Shown piece by piece: positions 1 through 11,176 of a stretch of 64,000 nt of DNA. The notes under the pieces were generated by a model. It saw only the letters and a list, made by a program, of their open reading frames with translations, did not search any database and was not told the origin of the DNA. The translations under genes were made by a program, and so were the position numbers. Every line of letters starts with the position of its first letter. The stretch's first letter is position 1. Source of the DNA: Patescibacteria group bacterium (GTDB lineage: Bacteria > Patescibacteriota > Patescibacteriia > Buchananbacterales > UBA6539); NCBI GenBank assembly GCA_041662625.1, contig JBAZSB010000001.1, forward strand, positions 535,189-599,188, in the 5' to 3' direction.

Positions 1-546
1 AGCTCGTAAAGTATGTAAAGGTAAATTACCAGAAGATAAAGTTTCCGATCGTGCAATCTCTGCTCCGTTAAGTCGACCGGCAATGATTACTTTAACGCCT
101 TTGGCTTCGGTTTTTTCAACCCGACCAATCACTTGCTTCATTACTCGCCGATAAGGGACTCGCTTCTCTAAATCAGCAATTATTGATTGGGCCACTAATT
201 CAGCCGATAAATTGGGATTAGAAACTTCTTTAATATTAAGATTTAAACTAGTCTTCGGATCAAGAAATTGCTTAAGTATTTTCTTTTTTAATTCTTCAAC
301 CCCTTGGCCACCGCGACCAATAATGACACCAGGTTTAGCGGAATGAATAATTATCGTGGTAGTTGCCGGCGATCTTTCAATATCGATTTGAGCAACCGCT
401 GCATCTTTAAGGGCATGTTTTAAAAATTTCTTAATTAAAATATCTTGCCGCAAAAGTTTGGCATAATCCCGGCGGGAAAACCATTTGGAATTCCAGCTGT
501 AAAGTTCGCCGATGCGAAATATTTTTGGATGTACTTTTTGTCCCAT
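1..546 (-). CDS. rpsC: 30S ribosomal protein S3 (partial, runs off window start)
   Basis: Manual translation MGQKVHPKIFRIGELYSWNSKWF..., typical S3 N-terminus; follows rplV. Confidence 0.95.
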   Translation of the reverse strand, partial: MGQKVHPKIFRIGELYSWNSKWFSRRDYAKLLRQDILIKKFLKHALKDAAVAQIDIERSPATTTIIIHSAKPGVIIGRGGQGVEELKKKILKQFLDPKTSLNLNIKEVSNPNLSAELVAQSIIADLEKRVPYRRVMKQVIGRVEKTEAKGVKVIIAGRLNGAEIARSETLSSGNLPLHTLRA

Positions 547-563
547 AATTTTAGCTTCTTAAA

Positions 564-1196
564 TTAACCAGTCTTGCGCTGAAAAATTCCTCGGAAAAAA
601 CCTTTGTCAGTCTTTCCTTTTTCTTGCGGACCTTTACTAAGCGTCTTGGGTCTTTCTTTTTTCACTTCTTCTGGTTTTACAATCTTTACTTCTTCTGATT
701 TTTCTGGCTTTTTAGCTTCTTTCTGATTAACCGCTTTAAGTTTAGCCCCGGCCTTAACACCTAAAATTAACTCAATATGACTAGTTCTTTTTCGAATCGG
801 AGCAGAACGGCCATGGGCTCGCGGCCGCCAGCGTTTCAAAACCGGCCCACCATTAACGGTTATTGTCTTGATATACAAATCTTTTTTGTCTAATTGAAAA
901 TTGTTTTCCGCATTGGCCACAGCCGAATTGATTAATTTAGTCACTGGTCTAACCGCAGCCTTATTAACAAACTTTAAATAATCCAAAGCTTTGACTGCTT
1001 CCAGACCTTTTAGTTCATCAATGACTAATCTGACCTTTCTGGGTGCCACGTGAATAAATCGGGCTGAAGCCTTAACTTCCGTTACCACTTTTTTGTCCTT
1101 TTTATTCTTTGGCAGTTGCAGCTTGCTGTCTTTTTTCTCTTCGGGTTTAACCTTAGCCATTTTATTATCTAATTGTTTGTCTTTGGTTTCTTCCAT
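564..1196 (-). CDS. rplV: 50S ribosomal protein L22 with Lys/Glu-rich N- and C-terminal extensions
   Basis: APRKVRLV...PRAHGRSAPIRKRTSHI core; S10 operon position. Confidence 0.97.
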   Translation of the reverse strand: MEETKDKQLDNKMAKVKPEEKKDSKLQLPKNKKDKKVVTEVKASARFIHVAPRKVRLVIDELKGLEAVKALDYLKFVNKAAVRPVTKLINSAVANAENNFQLDKKDLYIKTITVNGGPVLKRWRPRAHGRSAPIRKRTSHIELILGVKAGAKLKAVNQKEAKKPEKSEEVKIVKPEEVKKERPKTLSKGPQEKGKTDKGFFRGIFQRKTG

Positions 1197-1210
1197 ATTT
1201 AACTTTTAAA

Positions 1211-1549
1211 TTATTTCTTTTCGGCTGAATCAGTTGCTTTCTTGCGCTCATCAGCAGCTTTAGTCGCTGCCGCCCGTTCTTGCTCTTTAGCCATTTTACC
1301 ACCATGAACAACAAATTTTCTCGTTGGCGAAAATTCACCTAAGCGATGGCCAACCATGTTTTCAACAATATTAACCACAATATGCTCTCGACCATTGTGG
1401 ACGCCAATAGTATAGCCAACCATTTCCGGCGTAATCATACAAGCCCGATCCCAGGTTTTAACTACTGTTTTATCACCTGGTTTGATATTTTTTAATTTCG
1501 CCAGTAATCTTTCATTAATGTACGGACCTTTTTTTAAACTTCTTGACAT
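1211..1549 (-). CDS. rpsS: 30S ribosomal protein S19
   Basis: MSRSLKKGPY...MVGHRLGEFSPTR. Confidence 0.98.
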   Translation of the reverse strand: MSRSLKKGPYINERLLAKLKNIKPGDKTVVKTWDRACMITPEMVGYTIGVHNGREHIVVNIVENMVGHRLGEFSPTRKFVVHGGKMAKEQERAAATKAADERKKATDSAEKK

Positions 1550-1565
1550 AATATTTAAGTTTTAA

Positions 1566-2411
1566 TTATTTCTTTCTTTTACTACGCCGACGGTTAACAA
1601 TAAATTTATTAGAATATTTATTTTTCTTACGGGTTTTTACTCCTAAAGCTTTTTTACCCCAGGGAGTTTTTGGCGCTTTCATCCCAATCGGATTATGACC
1701 TTCACCACCGCCGTGAGGATGATCAACTGGATTCATAACTTTACCGCGAACCGTTGGCCTAATTCCCATGTGTCTTTTCCGACCAGCCTTACCAATCCTT
1801 AAATGCATGGCATCAGGGTTAGAAACTTGACCCAAAGTCGCTAAAGATTTTTTAGAAATCAATCGGATCTCCGAAGAAGGCATTTTAATTGTCGCATATT
1901 CACCTTCAACTGCCATTAGCTTAGCCACTGAACCAGCAGTCCGAACTAACTGGGCTCCCCGGCCAGGACTAATTTCAATATTGTAAATTAATGAACCTAA
2001 AGGCAAATGTTCTAAAGGCATTCGATTGCCTGGTTTAATCTCAGTGCGTTTAGTTGAAGAAATAACCTGATCCCCAACTTTTAAATCAACCGGGGCAATA
2101 ATATAACACTTATGGCCATCTTGATATTTTAATAAAGCGATTCTAGCTCTGCGGTTTGGGTCATATTCAATCGCTTCTACAGTGGAAGGCATATCATACT
2201 TATTCTGCTTATAATCAATTAAACGGTAAAATCTCTTAGCTCCCCCGCCCCGATGGCGGACAGTAATTTTGCCACTGGCATTCCGGCCACCAGTCTTACG
2301 TTTAATCATAACTAATTTCTTCTCGGGTCTTTTAAGAGTGATATCAGAAAAAGTATCAACCGATGTCTGTCGGCGACCAGGAGTAGTTGGTTTGTAAATT
2401 CTTATTGGCAT
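1566..2411 (-). CDS. rplB: 50S ribosomal protein L2
   Basis: [16 protein letters not shown] and [13 protein letters not shown] motifs. Confidence 0.99.
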   Translation of the reverse strand: MPIRIYKPTTPGRRQTSVDTFSDITLKRPEKKLVMIKRKTGGRNASGKITVRHRGGGAKRFYRLIDYKQNKYDMPSTVEAIEYDPNRRARIALLKYQDGHKCYIIAPVDLKVGDQVISSTKRTEIKPGNRMPLEHLPLGSLIYNIEISPGRGAQLVRTAGSVAKLMAVEGEYATIKMPSSEIRLISKKSLATLGQVSNPDAMHLRIGKAGRKRHMGIRPTVRGKVMNPVDHPHGGGEGHNPIGMKAPKTPWGKKALGVKTRKKNKYSNKFIVNRRRSKRKK

Positions 2412-2444
2412 GTTAACTGTTAAATGTTAATGGCTAACTATTAT

Positions 2445-2927
2445 TTAGACTCCTTCATAAACTTCAATCTTATCGCCGGCTTTGAGGGTAACTATTGCTT
2501 TCTTCCAACTCTTTGTTTTACCTTGAATTCGGCCATAACGGACATTTTTTCCGGAAAGATTAGAAATATTAACTTTAATTGGTTCAACGTTATAAATCGT
2601 CCGAATTGCTTTTTTAACTTCAACTTTATTCATTTTTGGGTTGATGGCAAAAATATATTTATTTAAGGGTCCTAAATCACTGGCTTTTTCCGTAATCAAA
2701 GGTTTAACCAAAACTCGATAGGCCAAAGTTGTTTTGCCTTTGAGCTCACCGGTCTTAGGTTCTAGTTTTTTAGTTTCTTTCAATGCCGACACTTCTGCTT
2801 TAGCTTTTGGTTCAACAACTTTTTTCTCTTCTTTCTTAATCTTTTCGTCCTTAACGACCGCTCCACTTGAACTCGGTTTTTTGGTCTCTTCTTTATTTAC
2901 TTTTTTAAATTTATCAAAAATTCCCAT
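2445..2927 (-). CDS. rplW: 50S ribosomal protein L23 with long charged N-terminal extension
   Basis: PLITEKA...WKKAIVTL core; position between rplD and rplB. Confidence 0.96.
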   Translation of the reverse strand: MGIFDKFKKVNKEETKKPSSSGAVVKDEKIKKEEKKVVEPKAKAEVSALKETKKLEPKTGELKGKTTLAYRVLVKPLITEKASDLGPLNKYIFAINPKMNKVEVKKAIRTIYNVEPIKVNISNLSGKNVRYGRIQGKTKSWKKAIVTLKAGDKIEVYEGV

Positions 2928-2933
2928 ATTATT

Positions 2934-3686
2934 TTATCCTTTGGCGCCCAAGCGAGCCTGGCTAGCAGCGGAAACAAAAGTTTTTTCAATCTCGGCTAAG
3001 GAATCAAGGGGCATTAATAAATATTGCTGTTGCAAAACGGCTAAAACATTTAAACTATTTGCCTGGATGGTAACAAGCCGAGGAATATTGCGAGCTGCTC
3101 TTTGGACTTTTTCATCTTTTTTTGGCAAGACTAACAAAATACCTTTTTCTCTGGATTTCTTGGTCTTCTCTGATTTTTCTATCTTCTTGCTGGTAACCTT
3201 TTCTTCTTTTTTAACGGTTTTTTTGGCTTTAGCTTCTCTCAATTTCAAATTTTGTAAAATCTTAAAAAACTTCTTGGTTTTAGCTTCTTCTAATTCCAAT
3301 TTATCTAACAAAATTATTTTTTGATTATTAGCTTTATCGGATAAACTCATCAAAATCGCTTTACGCTTGGCCTTTTTATTAATTTTTAAGGAATAATTCT
3401 GATCCTTGGTTGGACCAAAGGTAATTCCCCCACCCCGCCATAAAGGTGAACGGATTGAACCATGACGAGCCCGCCCGGTTCCTTTCTGACGCCAAGGTTT
3501 GCGACCACCACCGCGGATTTCACCCCGGCCTTTGGTGTGAGCTAAGTTCTGTCTTTGATTGGCTTGCTGGCTAACAACGGCCTGCTGGATTAATTCTGGC
3601 TTAATTTCTAAACCAAAAACTTTTGGATTCAAATCCACTTCTTTGACTTTTTCTCCTGTTTGATTGTAAACCGTTGCTTTAGCCAT
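2934..3686 (-). CDS. rplD: 50S ribosomal protein L4
   Basis: GGGRKPWRQKGTGRARHGSIRSPLWRGGG motif. Confidence 0.98.
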   Translation of the reverse strand: MAKATVYNQTGEKVKEVDLNPKVFGLEIKPELIQQAVVSQQANQRQNLAHTKGRGEIRGGGRKPWRQKGTGRARHGSIRSPLWRGGGITFGPTKDQNYSLKINKKAKRKAILMSLSDKANNQKIILLDKLELEEAKTKKFFKILQNLKLREAKAKKTVKKEEKVTSKKIEKSEKTKKSREKGILLVLPKKDEKVQRAARNIPRLVTIQANSLNVLAVLQQQYLLMPLDSLAEIEKTFVSAASQARLGAKG

Positions 3687-3688
3687 AA

Positions 3689-4429
3689 TTATTTCGTATT
3701 TTTGTCAGTAGCTTCTTGGGCAACTTCATTTTTAATTTCTGCTTTTACTTCTTTTTCCTCGGTCTTTTCTCCATCCGTCTCTGATTTTTTTTCTTCGACC
3801 TCAAGAATCAAATCACCAGTTCCGGAAATTAAAAGTAAATTACTTATTGGACCAGGTACGGCGCCACGGATAAAAATTTCATTCTTTTCCGGGTCAACTT
3901 CAACAATTTCCAAATTTGTTACCGTGACTTGGCCGCCACCCATCCGGCCGCCCATTCGCATCCCTTTAAAAACGTGCTGCACACCGCCGGCGCCAATTGA
4001 ACCAGAGTGCCGTAACTGATCTTTATGACCATGAGTCGCCGGACTGCCATGAAAACCGTGTCGCTTTACTACCCCCTGGAAACCGCGACCCTTACTGGTT
4101 CCTGTCACTTTGACTAAATCGCCAGCTTGGAAAATTTTTGCGGTAATTTTATCACCCAGGGTTAATTTTTTTACTTCTGGGTCAGCAATTCTAAACTCTT
4201 TTAAAAAACGAAAGTTCCCTAAATTTTTCAAATGGCCGGAAATTGGCTTGTTTAAATTCCTTTTTGAGCCAAAACCAATCTGAACTGCTGTGTAGCCGTC
4301 TTTCTTGTCGGTTTTTACCTGGGTCACAACACAAGGTCCAGCCACTACTTTGGTAACTGGAATTACTGTTCCATCTTCAGTGAACTTCTGGGTCATTTCT
4401 TTTTTTTCTGCAAGTATGAATTTGGCCAT
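3689..4429 (-). CDS. rplC: 50S ribosomal protein L3
   Basis: SKGRGFQGVVKRHGF...GSIG motif. Confidence 0.98.
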   Translation of the reverse strand: MAKFILAEKKEMTQKFTEDGTVIPVTKVVAGPCVVTQVKTDKKDGYTAVQIGFGSKRNLNKPISGHLKNLGNFRFLKEFRIADPEVKKLTLGDKITAKIFQAGDLVKVTGTSKGRGFQGVVKRHGFHGSPATHGHKDQLRHSGSIGAGGVQHVFKGMRMGGRMGGGQVTVTNLEIVEVDPEKNEIFIRGAVPGPISNLLLISGTGDLILEVEEKKSETDGEKTEEKEVKAEIKNEVAQEATDKNTK

Positions 4430-4712
4430 ATTGATTAATTAATATCATTCTAAATTTGGGGGTAAATAAAAATCTGCCTCAAAAAGCCAGATTAAATCTG
4501 CTGGCAAGTTGTTTGGCTTTTATTTTTTAGAATTGTTAATCTCCTTAAATAATGCCTTGAAATTATAGAGGTTTTTCCCAAGTCTTGATTAAAGGGAAAC
4601 TTTCTCTATATTTTCAAAGATTAATTGCTAACTTATAGCTTACAGCTTTTAGCTGCTAGTTTATAGCTTCTCCAAAAGTTCTACAAGCTACAAGCTATCA
4701 GCTAAAAGCTAA

Positions 4713-5081
4713 TTACACCATTTTTATTTCGACATCAACTCCGGCGGGTAAATTAAGATTCTGCAATGAATCAACCGTCTTAGGAGAGGGATCTAAAATA
4801 TCTAATAACCGCTTGTGGATCCGCATCTCATACTGTTCCCGGGAATCTTTATGGACAAAAGAAGATCGTAAAACCGTATATTTTTTCTTCTCCGTTGGTA
4901 AAGGAACCGGGCCCAAAATTCTAGCACCCGTTCTTTCAACCGTGTCCATAATCGTTTTAGTCGACTGATCAATAATTTTATGATCGTAGGCTCTGATTTT
5001 AATTCTGATTTTTTGTTTACTCTCCTCAGCTTCTTCATCTTGTTGGCGAGAAGAAACCGGAATTTTCTTGATTGCTACCAT
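4713..5081 (-). CDS. rpsJ: 30S ribosomal protein S10
   Basis: [11 protein letters not shown]...GPVPLPT...HKDSREQYE. Confidence 0.98.
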   Translation of the reverse strand: MVAIKKIPVSSRQQDEEAEESKQKIRIKIRAYDHKIIDQSTKTIMDTVERTGARILGPVPLPTEKKKYTVLRSSFVHKDSREQYEMRIHKRLLDILDPSPKTVDSLQNLNLPAGVDVEIKMV

Positions 5082-5105
5082 GTTATTAGAAAGAACTTAT
5101 TTAAT

Positions 5106-5134
5106 GGTGGTGACGGGCTCTGCCCGTCACCACC
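5106..5134. terminator. Hairpin downstream of tuf (terminator or mRNA-stabilising stem)
   Basis: Perfect 13-bp inverted repeat ggtggtgacgggc/gcccgtcaccacc. Confidence 0.6.
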
Positions 5135-5142
5135 GCTTTTTA

Positions 5143-6333
5143 TTATTTAATAATCTTAGTTACTGAACCAGCACCAATAGTTCGACCACCTTCACGAATA
5201 GCAAACCGTTGTTTTTCTTCCAAGGCAACCGGTTTGATTAATTTAATCTTGATATCGACAGTATCACCAGGCATAACCATTTCTGCGCCTTCAGGGAGCT
5301 CAACTTCACCGGTGACATCAGCCGTACCAATATAAAACTGCGGCTTATAGCCTTTAAAGAATGGGCTATGGCGGCCACCTTCTTCTTTGGTTAAGATGTA
5401 GGTTTTGCCGGCAAATTCAGTGTGAGGAGTAATCGTCCCGGGTTTAGCCAATACTTGGCCTCGTTCAACTTCATCCTTTTTGGTTCCCCGCAGTAATATC
5501 CCGGCATTATCCCCGGCTCGGCCTTCATCCAAAGACTTATTGAACATTTCAATACCGGTCACAACGGTCTTTTGCGTGGGGCGCAAACCGACGAGCTCAA
5601 TTTCTTCATTCAATTTAACGATTCCTCGTTCAATTCTGCCAGTGACTACCGTACCTCGGCCTTCAATGGAAAAGATATCTTCAATTTCCATCAAGAATGG
5701 CTTATCAATATCGCGAACTGGTTCGGGAATATAGGCATCAACGGCTTTAATTAATTCTTCTATACATTTAGTGGCTTCCGGATCAGTTGGATTTTCCAAA
5801 GCTTTTAAAGCTGAACCACGAATGACCGGAATCTCATCACCAGGAAATTCATATTTCTTAAGTAAGTCTCTAACTTCTTCTTCAACCAAATCAATTAATT
5901 CTGGATCTTTAACTTGATCAACTTTATTAAGAAAAACCACCATGGCGGGTACACCGACCTGGCGGGCTAATAGAATATGTTCACGAGTTTGCGGCATTGG
6001 GCCATCGGTTGCAGCAACAACCAAAATAGCACCATCCATCTGAGCTGCCCCGGTAACCATATTTTTGACGTAATCGGCATGACCGGGACAATCGATATGG
6101 GCATAGTGTCTTTTTTCACTTTCATACTCAACATGAGCCGTGGCAATAGTAATACCACGTTCTTTTTCTTCAGGGGCATTATCAATCTGGTCAACCGTCT
6201 TTTGTTGAGATTTGAAACCCTTGTGGTGTAAATACTGTAAAATCGCTGCGGTTAATGTAGTTTTACCATGGTCAACATGACCAATTGTTCCTACATTAAG
6301 ATGCGGCTTAGTTCGTTCAAATTTTTCAGCCAT
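5143..6333 (-). CDS. tuf: Elongation factor Tu
   Basis: [28 protein letters not shown] motifs. Confidence 0.99.
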   Translation of the reverse strand: MAEKFERTKPHLNVGTIGHVDHGKTTLTAAILQYLHHKGFKSQQKTVDQIDNAPEEKERGITIATAHVEYESEKRHYAHIDCPGHADYVKNMVTGAAQMDGAILVVAATDGPMPQTREHILLARQVGVPAMVVFLNKVDQVKDPELIDLVEEEVRDLLKKYEFPGDEIPVIRGSALKALENPTDPEATKCIEELIKAVDAYIPEPVRDIDKPFLMEIEDIFSIEGRGTVVTGRIERGIVKLNEEIELVGLRPTQKTVVTGIEMFNKSLDEGRAGDNAGILLRGTKKDEVERGQVLAKPGTITPHTEFAGKTYILTKEEGGRHSPFFKGYKPQFYIGTADVTGEVELPEGAEMVMPGDTVDIKIKLIKPVALEEKQRFAIREGGRTIGAGSVTKIIK

Positions 6334-6449
6334 AATTGTCCTTCTTTTGCGATCTTTTGTGAGCCAGCCCTTGTTGAAGGATAGTCAAGGCGGATCGCGA
6401 TTAATGTTTTATTTATTAATTAAAAATATTAAATTACAAAGCACTTCTG

Positions 6450-6479
6450 AGTATATAACAAATTCTCGACATTTGTCAA
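6450..6479 (-). promoter_or_regulatory. sigma70-type promoter for tuf
   Basis: TTGACA-N18-TATACT on minus strand. Confidence 0.6.
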
Positions 6480-6481
6480 CA

Positions 6482-6865
6482 TTAGTCAATGGGTTCAAAA
6501 TAGTAATTCTGCTCTTCTTCACCCTCTTCCGGCTGATTTTTAGCTCGATTGAGCAAATTTTTATCAAAGTTTAAAGGTGAATTACTGCTAGGATTTTTGT
6601 CTTCTTTAACTTTACTTTTAATCGTCGGCCAATTATCCAAATTTTCTGCCTCCTGATTAATTTTCCAAATCGCAATATCACGATTAATTTTTTCTAGCAG
6701 CTCATCCTCACTTAAACCGACCAATTCTGACTTACCCAAAACCAAATTTTGATAATTTTTAAAAGTGACAATAACATGAGAGGGCTCTCCACTTTCATCC
6801 AAAACAATACAGTTATCTCCTGTCCGATTTATCAAATCGATAATTTTTTTGAAATTTTGAGGCAT
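6482..6865 (-). CDS. Hypothetical protein between fusA and tuf (N-terminus weakly Phd/YefM-like)
   Basis: 127-aa ORF co-oriented with the operon; pattern IIDLINRTGDNCIVLDESGEPSHVIVTFKNYQNL. Confidence 0.8.
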   Translation of the reverse strand: MPQNFKKIIDLINRTGDNCIVLDESGEPSHVIVTFKNYQNLVLGKSELVGLSEDELLEKINRDIAIWKINQEAENLDNWPTIKSKVKEDKNPSSNSPLNFDKNLLNRAKNQPEEGEEEQNYYFEPID

Positions 6866-6882
6866 AAGTTTTACCTTGCAAC

Positions 6883-6984
6883 TTTACCCCGACACCAAAA
6901 CTTATTTGTTTATTTTAAAATTTGGTTCAGTGCTACCAGGAGTCAGGGAAAAACTCTACTACCATTTTTTGGTGTTGGGGTGAA
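6883..6984. repeat. TTTA-CCCC..GGGG hairpin insertion element
   Basis: ttta+ccccgacaccaaaa (6887-6900) pairs with ttttggtgttgggg (6967-6980); same ends as the elements at 11708, 11950 and 18817. Confidence 0.65.
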
Positions 6985-7009
6985 CCCTCCTGATATTTCA
7001 TGATTTCAC

Positions 7010-9121
7010 CTAGCGTCTTGATCGGCCTTCGCGTCCGCTTTTTATTTCTTCGGTGACATTAGTTGGTACCTCAGCATAATGATCAAATTCCATATTATAA
7101 GAAGCCCGACCCTGAGTCATTGATCGTAGCTCAGTCGCATAGCCAAACATTTCTGCCAAGGGGGCGGTTGCATCAAGTACTTTCGATTGACCCCGATCAC
7201 GCATTTCTTCAATTTGTCCCCGTTTAGAATTTATATTACCAATTACATCACCCATAAATTTTTCCGGCGTAATAATTTCAATTTTCATGATTGGCTCCAA
7301 AAGAATCGGATTAGCTCTTCTGACCGCCTCTTGCAAAGCAATTGAACCGGCAATCTTAAAAGCCGCTTCCGAAGAGTCAACTTCATGAAACGAACCATCA
7401 TAAACTGTGACTTGTAAATCAATCAAGGGATAACCGGCAATCACCCCTTTATCCGTTGCTTCCTTGACCCCCTTTTGAATTGCCGGAATATATTCCCGAG
7501 GAATTAGACCGCCTTTAATTTCATCAATAAATTCAAAGCCTTCACCTCTGCCTTTTGGTTCAATCCGCAGCCAACAATGACCATACTGACCACGACCACC
7601 GGATTGGCGAATATATTTACCTTCAGCTTCGGCTGACGCCTTAATGGTTTCTTTATAGGCAACTTGGGGTTTACCGATATTGGCTTCAACTTTAAATTCA
7701 CGTTTCATCCTGTCAACAATAACGTCCAAATGAAGCTCGCCCATTCCAGAAATAATTGTCTGCATTGTTTCTTCATCACCCCGAATCCGAAAAGTTGGAT
7801 CTTCTTCTGCTAGTTTTGATAAAGCAATACCCATTTTTTCTTGATCAGCTTTAGTCTTTGGTTCAATGGCAACAGAAATTACCGGTTCGGGGAAAGTAAT
7901 CGATTCTAAAACAATCGGCTTGGATTCATCACACAAAGTATGACCAGTAAAAGTATCCTTTAAGCCAACAGCAGCAGCAATATCACCGGCATAAACCTCT
8001 TTGATTTCTTCACGATGATTAGCATGCATCTGCACAATCCGACCAATTCTTTCCTTTTTGCCCGTTGAAGAATTTAAAACATAAGAACCAGCCTGAAGGG
8101 TACCCGAATAAACTCGGAAAAAACAAAGTTTACCAACAAAGGGATCAGCGGCAATCTTAAAGGCGAGCGCCGTAAACGGTTCACTGTCATCGGCTTTTCT
8201 GATTTCTTCGACGTCAGGTTTTTTCGGATTAAAACCTTTAACTGGCGGAATATCCAAAGGATTTGGTAAATAATCGCAAACCGCATCCAAAAGTAACTGA
8301 ACACCTTTATTCTTTAAAGCTGAGCCCACCAAAATCGGCATAATCTCATTATTGATTACCAGATGCCGCAAGACGCGCTTAAAGGCGTCAATATCAATCG
8401 GTTTACCATCTAAATATTTATTCATTAATTCTTCATCATGTTGAGCAATTGCCTCAATTAATTCATTCCGATGAAACTCAACTTTTTCTTTCATATCCGC
8501 AGGAATTTCCGTTTTTTCAACTTCCTTTCCTAAATCATCTCTATAAAAAAAAGCTTCTTGAGTTAATAAGTCAATAACGCCTTTAAAATTATCTTCAGCA
8601 CCAATGGGTAACTGGATGGGATAAGCATGTTTGGCTAAACGCTCTCTGATGCTTTCTAAATCAGCATAAAAATTTGCACCGGTCCGATCCATTTTATTAA
8701 CAAAACCCATCAAAGGCACCTTAAACTTTTCCGCCTGATGATAAACAGTTTCCGATTGCGGTTCCACGCCAGCGACGCCATCAAATACGACGACGCCACC
8801 ATCCAAAACCCGCAATGACCGCTGGACTTCAGCCGTAAAATCGATGTGGCCTGGAGTATCAATAATATTAATTCGACACTGTTTTTTTTCTTCGCCGCGC
8901 GGTGCCCAAAAACAAGTTGTGGCAGCGGAAGTAATCGTAATCCCCCGCTCCTGCTCCTGCTCCATCCAATCCATTTCAGCTTCACCCTCATGGACTTCGC
9001 CAATCTTATGTTTTTTCCCGGTGTAAAACAAAATACGCTCGGTTACTGTAGTTTTGCCGGCGTCGATATGGGCAATAATGCCAATATTTCTAGTTTTTTC
9101 TAAAGTATAGGCTCTGGGCAT
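7010..9121 (-). CDS. fusA: Elongation factor G (likely start MPRAY)
   Basis: [27 protein letters not shown] motifs. Confidence 0.99.
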   Translation of the reverse strand: MPRAYTLEKTRNIGIIAHIDAGKTTVTERILFYTGKKHKIGEVHEGEAEMDWMEQEQERGITITSAATTCFWAPRGEEKKQCRINIIDTPGHIDFTAEVQRSLRVLDGGVVVFDGVAGVEPQSETVYHQAEKFKVPLMGFVNKMDRTGANFYADLESIRERLAKHAYPIQLPIGAEDNFKGVIDLLTQEAFFYRDDLGKEVEKTEIPADMKEKVEFHRNELIEAIAQHDEELMNKYLDGKPIDIDAFKRVLRHLVINNEIMPILVGSALKNKGVQLLLDAVCDYLPNPLDIPPVKGFNPKKPDVEEIRKADDSEPFTALAFKIAADPFVGKLCFFRVYSGTLQAGSYVLNSSTGKKERIGRIVQMHANHREEIKEVYAGDIAAAVGLKDTFTGHTLCDESKPIVLESITFPEPVISVAIEPKTKADQEKMGIALSKLAEEDPTFRIRGDEETMQTIISGMGELHLDVIVDRMKREFKVEANIGKPQVAYKETIKASAEAEGKYIRQSGGRGQYGHCWLRIEPKGRGEGFEFIDEIKGGLIPREYIPAIQKGVKEATDKGVIAGYPLIDLQVTVYDGSFHEVDSSEAAFKIAGSIALQEAVRRANPILLEPIMKIEIITPEKFMGDVIGNINSKRGQIEEMRDRGQSKVLDATAPLAEMFGYATELRSMTQGRASYNMEFDHYAEVPTNVTEEIKSGREGRSRR

Positions 9122-9211
9122 AATATAAAATTCGAATTTTGAATTTTGATTCAATATTCTAATATTAGAATATTTAAAATTGATTCAAAATTAAAAATTA
9201 AAAATTCAACT

Positions 9212-9676
9212 TTATCGGGCGAAATGAGCAAAAGCTCGGTTGGCTTCAGCCATTCTATAAGTATCTTGGCGTTTTTTAATAGCTGCACCTTCTTTATTAT
9301 AAGCCGCCATTAATTCATCGGCTAACTTCTGACTCATTGGCGCTCCTTTGCGCGCTGAAGCTGCATTAATTATCCAACGAAAAGCCAAAGCTAATCTTCT
9401 TTCTCCGATTACGGCAACAGGAATTTGGTAATTACCACCACCGATTCGCTTAGATTTAACCTCAACTTCCGGACCAACATTCTTTATCGCACCATCAAAA
9501 ATCTCAAGTGGATCCTTTTTAGTTTTTTCTTTAATAATGGCAAAACAATCATAGACTACTTTTTGAGCAGTTGCTTTTTTGCCCCGGCGCATAATGTGAT
9601 TAATGAATCGAGAAATAGTAACACTTTTATATCTTGCGTCTGGTCTAATTATTCGTTTTGGAGTTGTTCCACGCAT
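9212..9676 (-). CDS. rpsG: 30S ribosomal protein S7
   Basis: EVKSKRIGGGNYQIP...MAEANRAFAHF. Confidence 0.98.
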   Translation of the reverse strand: MRGTTPKRIIRPDARYKSVTISRFINHIMRRGKKATAQKVVYDCFAIIKEKTKKDPLEIFDGAIKNVGPEVEVKSKRIGGGNYQIPVAVIGERRLALAFRWIINAASARKGAPMSQKLADELMAAYNKEGAAIKKRQDTYRMAEANRAFAHFAR

Positions 9677-9694
9677 AAATTATAAATTTTTAAC

Positions 9695-10111
9695 TTAGGT
9701 ACTTCTTTTTGCCCCATATAAACTTCGACCTTGCCGGCGAGCTTCAACACCAGTTGTATCATAGACACCGCGAACAATATGATATCTTACCCCTGGCAAA
9801 TCCTTAACTCGACCGCCGCGAATCAAAACTATAGAGTGTTCTTGTAAATTATGACCTTCACCGGGAATGTAAGCAGTTACTTCCATACCATTAGAAAGCC
9901 GGACCCGGGCAATTTTTCTTAAAGCGGAATTTGGTTTTTTTGGAGTAGTTGTAGTAACTTTTACGCAGACGCCGCGCTTGAAACCAGCCCCTTTTGGATT
10001 TTCTTTCTTTTTCCGCCTTAAAGTGTTAGCGACTAGACGCAAAGCCGGCGTCTTAGCCTTTTTAGGTTTTGACTGCCGTTTTCTTTTAACTAATTGATTA
10101 ATTGTTGGCAT
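9695..10111 (-). CDS. rpsL: 30S ribosomal protein S12
   Basis: [23 protein letters not shown]. Confidence 0.99.
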   Translation of the reverse strand: MPTINQLVKRKRQSKPKKAKTPALRLVANTLRRKKKENPKGAGFKRGVCVKVTTTTPKKPNSALRKIARVRLSNGMEVTAYIPGEGHNLQEHSIVLIRGGRVKDLPGVRYHIVRGVYDTTGVEARRQGRSLYGAKRST

Positions 10112-10217
10112 AATACTTATTTTCCTCTGATTTCTTGAAAATAAACCTGCCTTAAAGGCAGTGATTTAATACAAAACTATACTAACTAATAATTCCTGAT
10201 AAGTCAAGGCTTTAATT

Positions 10218-10868
10218 CTATAAACCAAAAAGTCGTACAAATAAGCCAAAAATAAAGTTGAGAATATCACTGATAAAGGGCATGAATAAAAACAAAAGTA
10301 AAATGGAAATAACTAGACCATACTGAGCTAAAAATACAGGGTTGAGTAAAGGAGTTTTGGTTAAAAAACTGGCAATGGGCCGGAAAGTGGTCAAAAAATT
10401 GAATCCATCAAAGCCCGGCAAAGGTAAAAAATTAAAAACGGCTAAAACTATATTAATTTGTAAAACAGCGGAAAAAAACACTACCCCCAAATTATTAAAA
10501 GTAAAGCCCAAATATTGGGTGGTTACTTTCAAAACTATTGCTGCGAGTACCGCTAAAATAAGGTTAGTTAAAATCCCAGCCATAGCAACCCAACGGTAAG
10601 AAACCGCACCTCCCCTCAGGCGAAAAGGGTTAATTGGCACGGGTTTGGCCCAGCCAAAAAGAAAGCCGGATTGCGAAAATAACAAAAGCAAAGGCACAAC
10701 GATTGAACCAATCGGATCAATGTGAACCAAAGGATTCAAAGACAGCCGGCCCGACATCCGGGCTGTATCATCACCAAAATGATTGGCGACAAATCCATGA
10801 GCCACCTCATGAAAAATTACCGCCAGTAAGAAAGCAACGACGTAAATGATAAAAGATAAAGTTTCCAT
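10218..10868 (-). CDS. Site-2 protease family (M50) membrane metalloprotease
   Basis: HEVAH zinc motif, FNFLPLPGFDG motif, several hydrophobic segments. Confidence 0.92.
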   Translation of the reverse strand: METLSFIIYVVAFLLAVIFHEVAHGFVANHFGDDTARMSGRLSLNPLVHIDPIGSIVVPLLLLFSQSGFLFGWAKPVPINPFRLRGGAVSYRWVAMAGILTNLILAVLAAIVLKVTTQYLGFTFNNLGVVFFSAVLQINIVLAVFNFLPLPGFDGFNFLTTFRPIASFLTKTPLLNPVFLAQYGLVISILLLFLFMPFISDILNFIFGLFVRLFGL

Positions 10869-10952
10869 AATATCTCCATTGTAGCATAAAGCCTTGATTT
10901 TTTAAACCCAATCTGCTATAGTTATTTTAAATCTTAATTTTAATTTTTTCTT

Positions 10953-11129
10953 ATGCCAACTTGTGACATCTGCAGCCGCGAACCACTGAAGGCCAACTGG
11001 AAGAGTCATTCCAACATCAAAACGATTCGCCGGCAGAAACTGAATCTACAAACCAAAAAAATTGGCGGCAAAAGAATGACGATTTGCACCAGCTGCCTGA
11101 GAACTTTAAGTAAACAAAAAACTAAGTAG
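10953..11129 (+). CDS. rpmB: 50S ribosomal protein L28 (58 aa, not in ORF track)
   Basis: MPTCDICSREPLKANWKSHSNIKTIRRQKLNLQTKKIGGKRMTICTSCLRTLSKQKTK; SHS..T.R...NLQ motif and two CxxC pairs. Confidence 0.93.
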   Translation: MPTCDICSREPLKANWKSHSNIKTIRRQKLNLQTKKIGGKRMTICTSCLRTLSKQKTK

Positions 11130-11176
11130 TCTAAGCTAATAACTTAGTGGTTTTAACTACTTAGTTTTTTTGTTAC

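Noticed and set aside
2934-2975. GC-rich 3' tail of rplD (SAASQARLGAKG) as another palindromic insertion
   Set aside because: No clear inverted repeat or match to the other elements; evidence is too weak.
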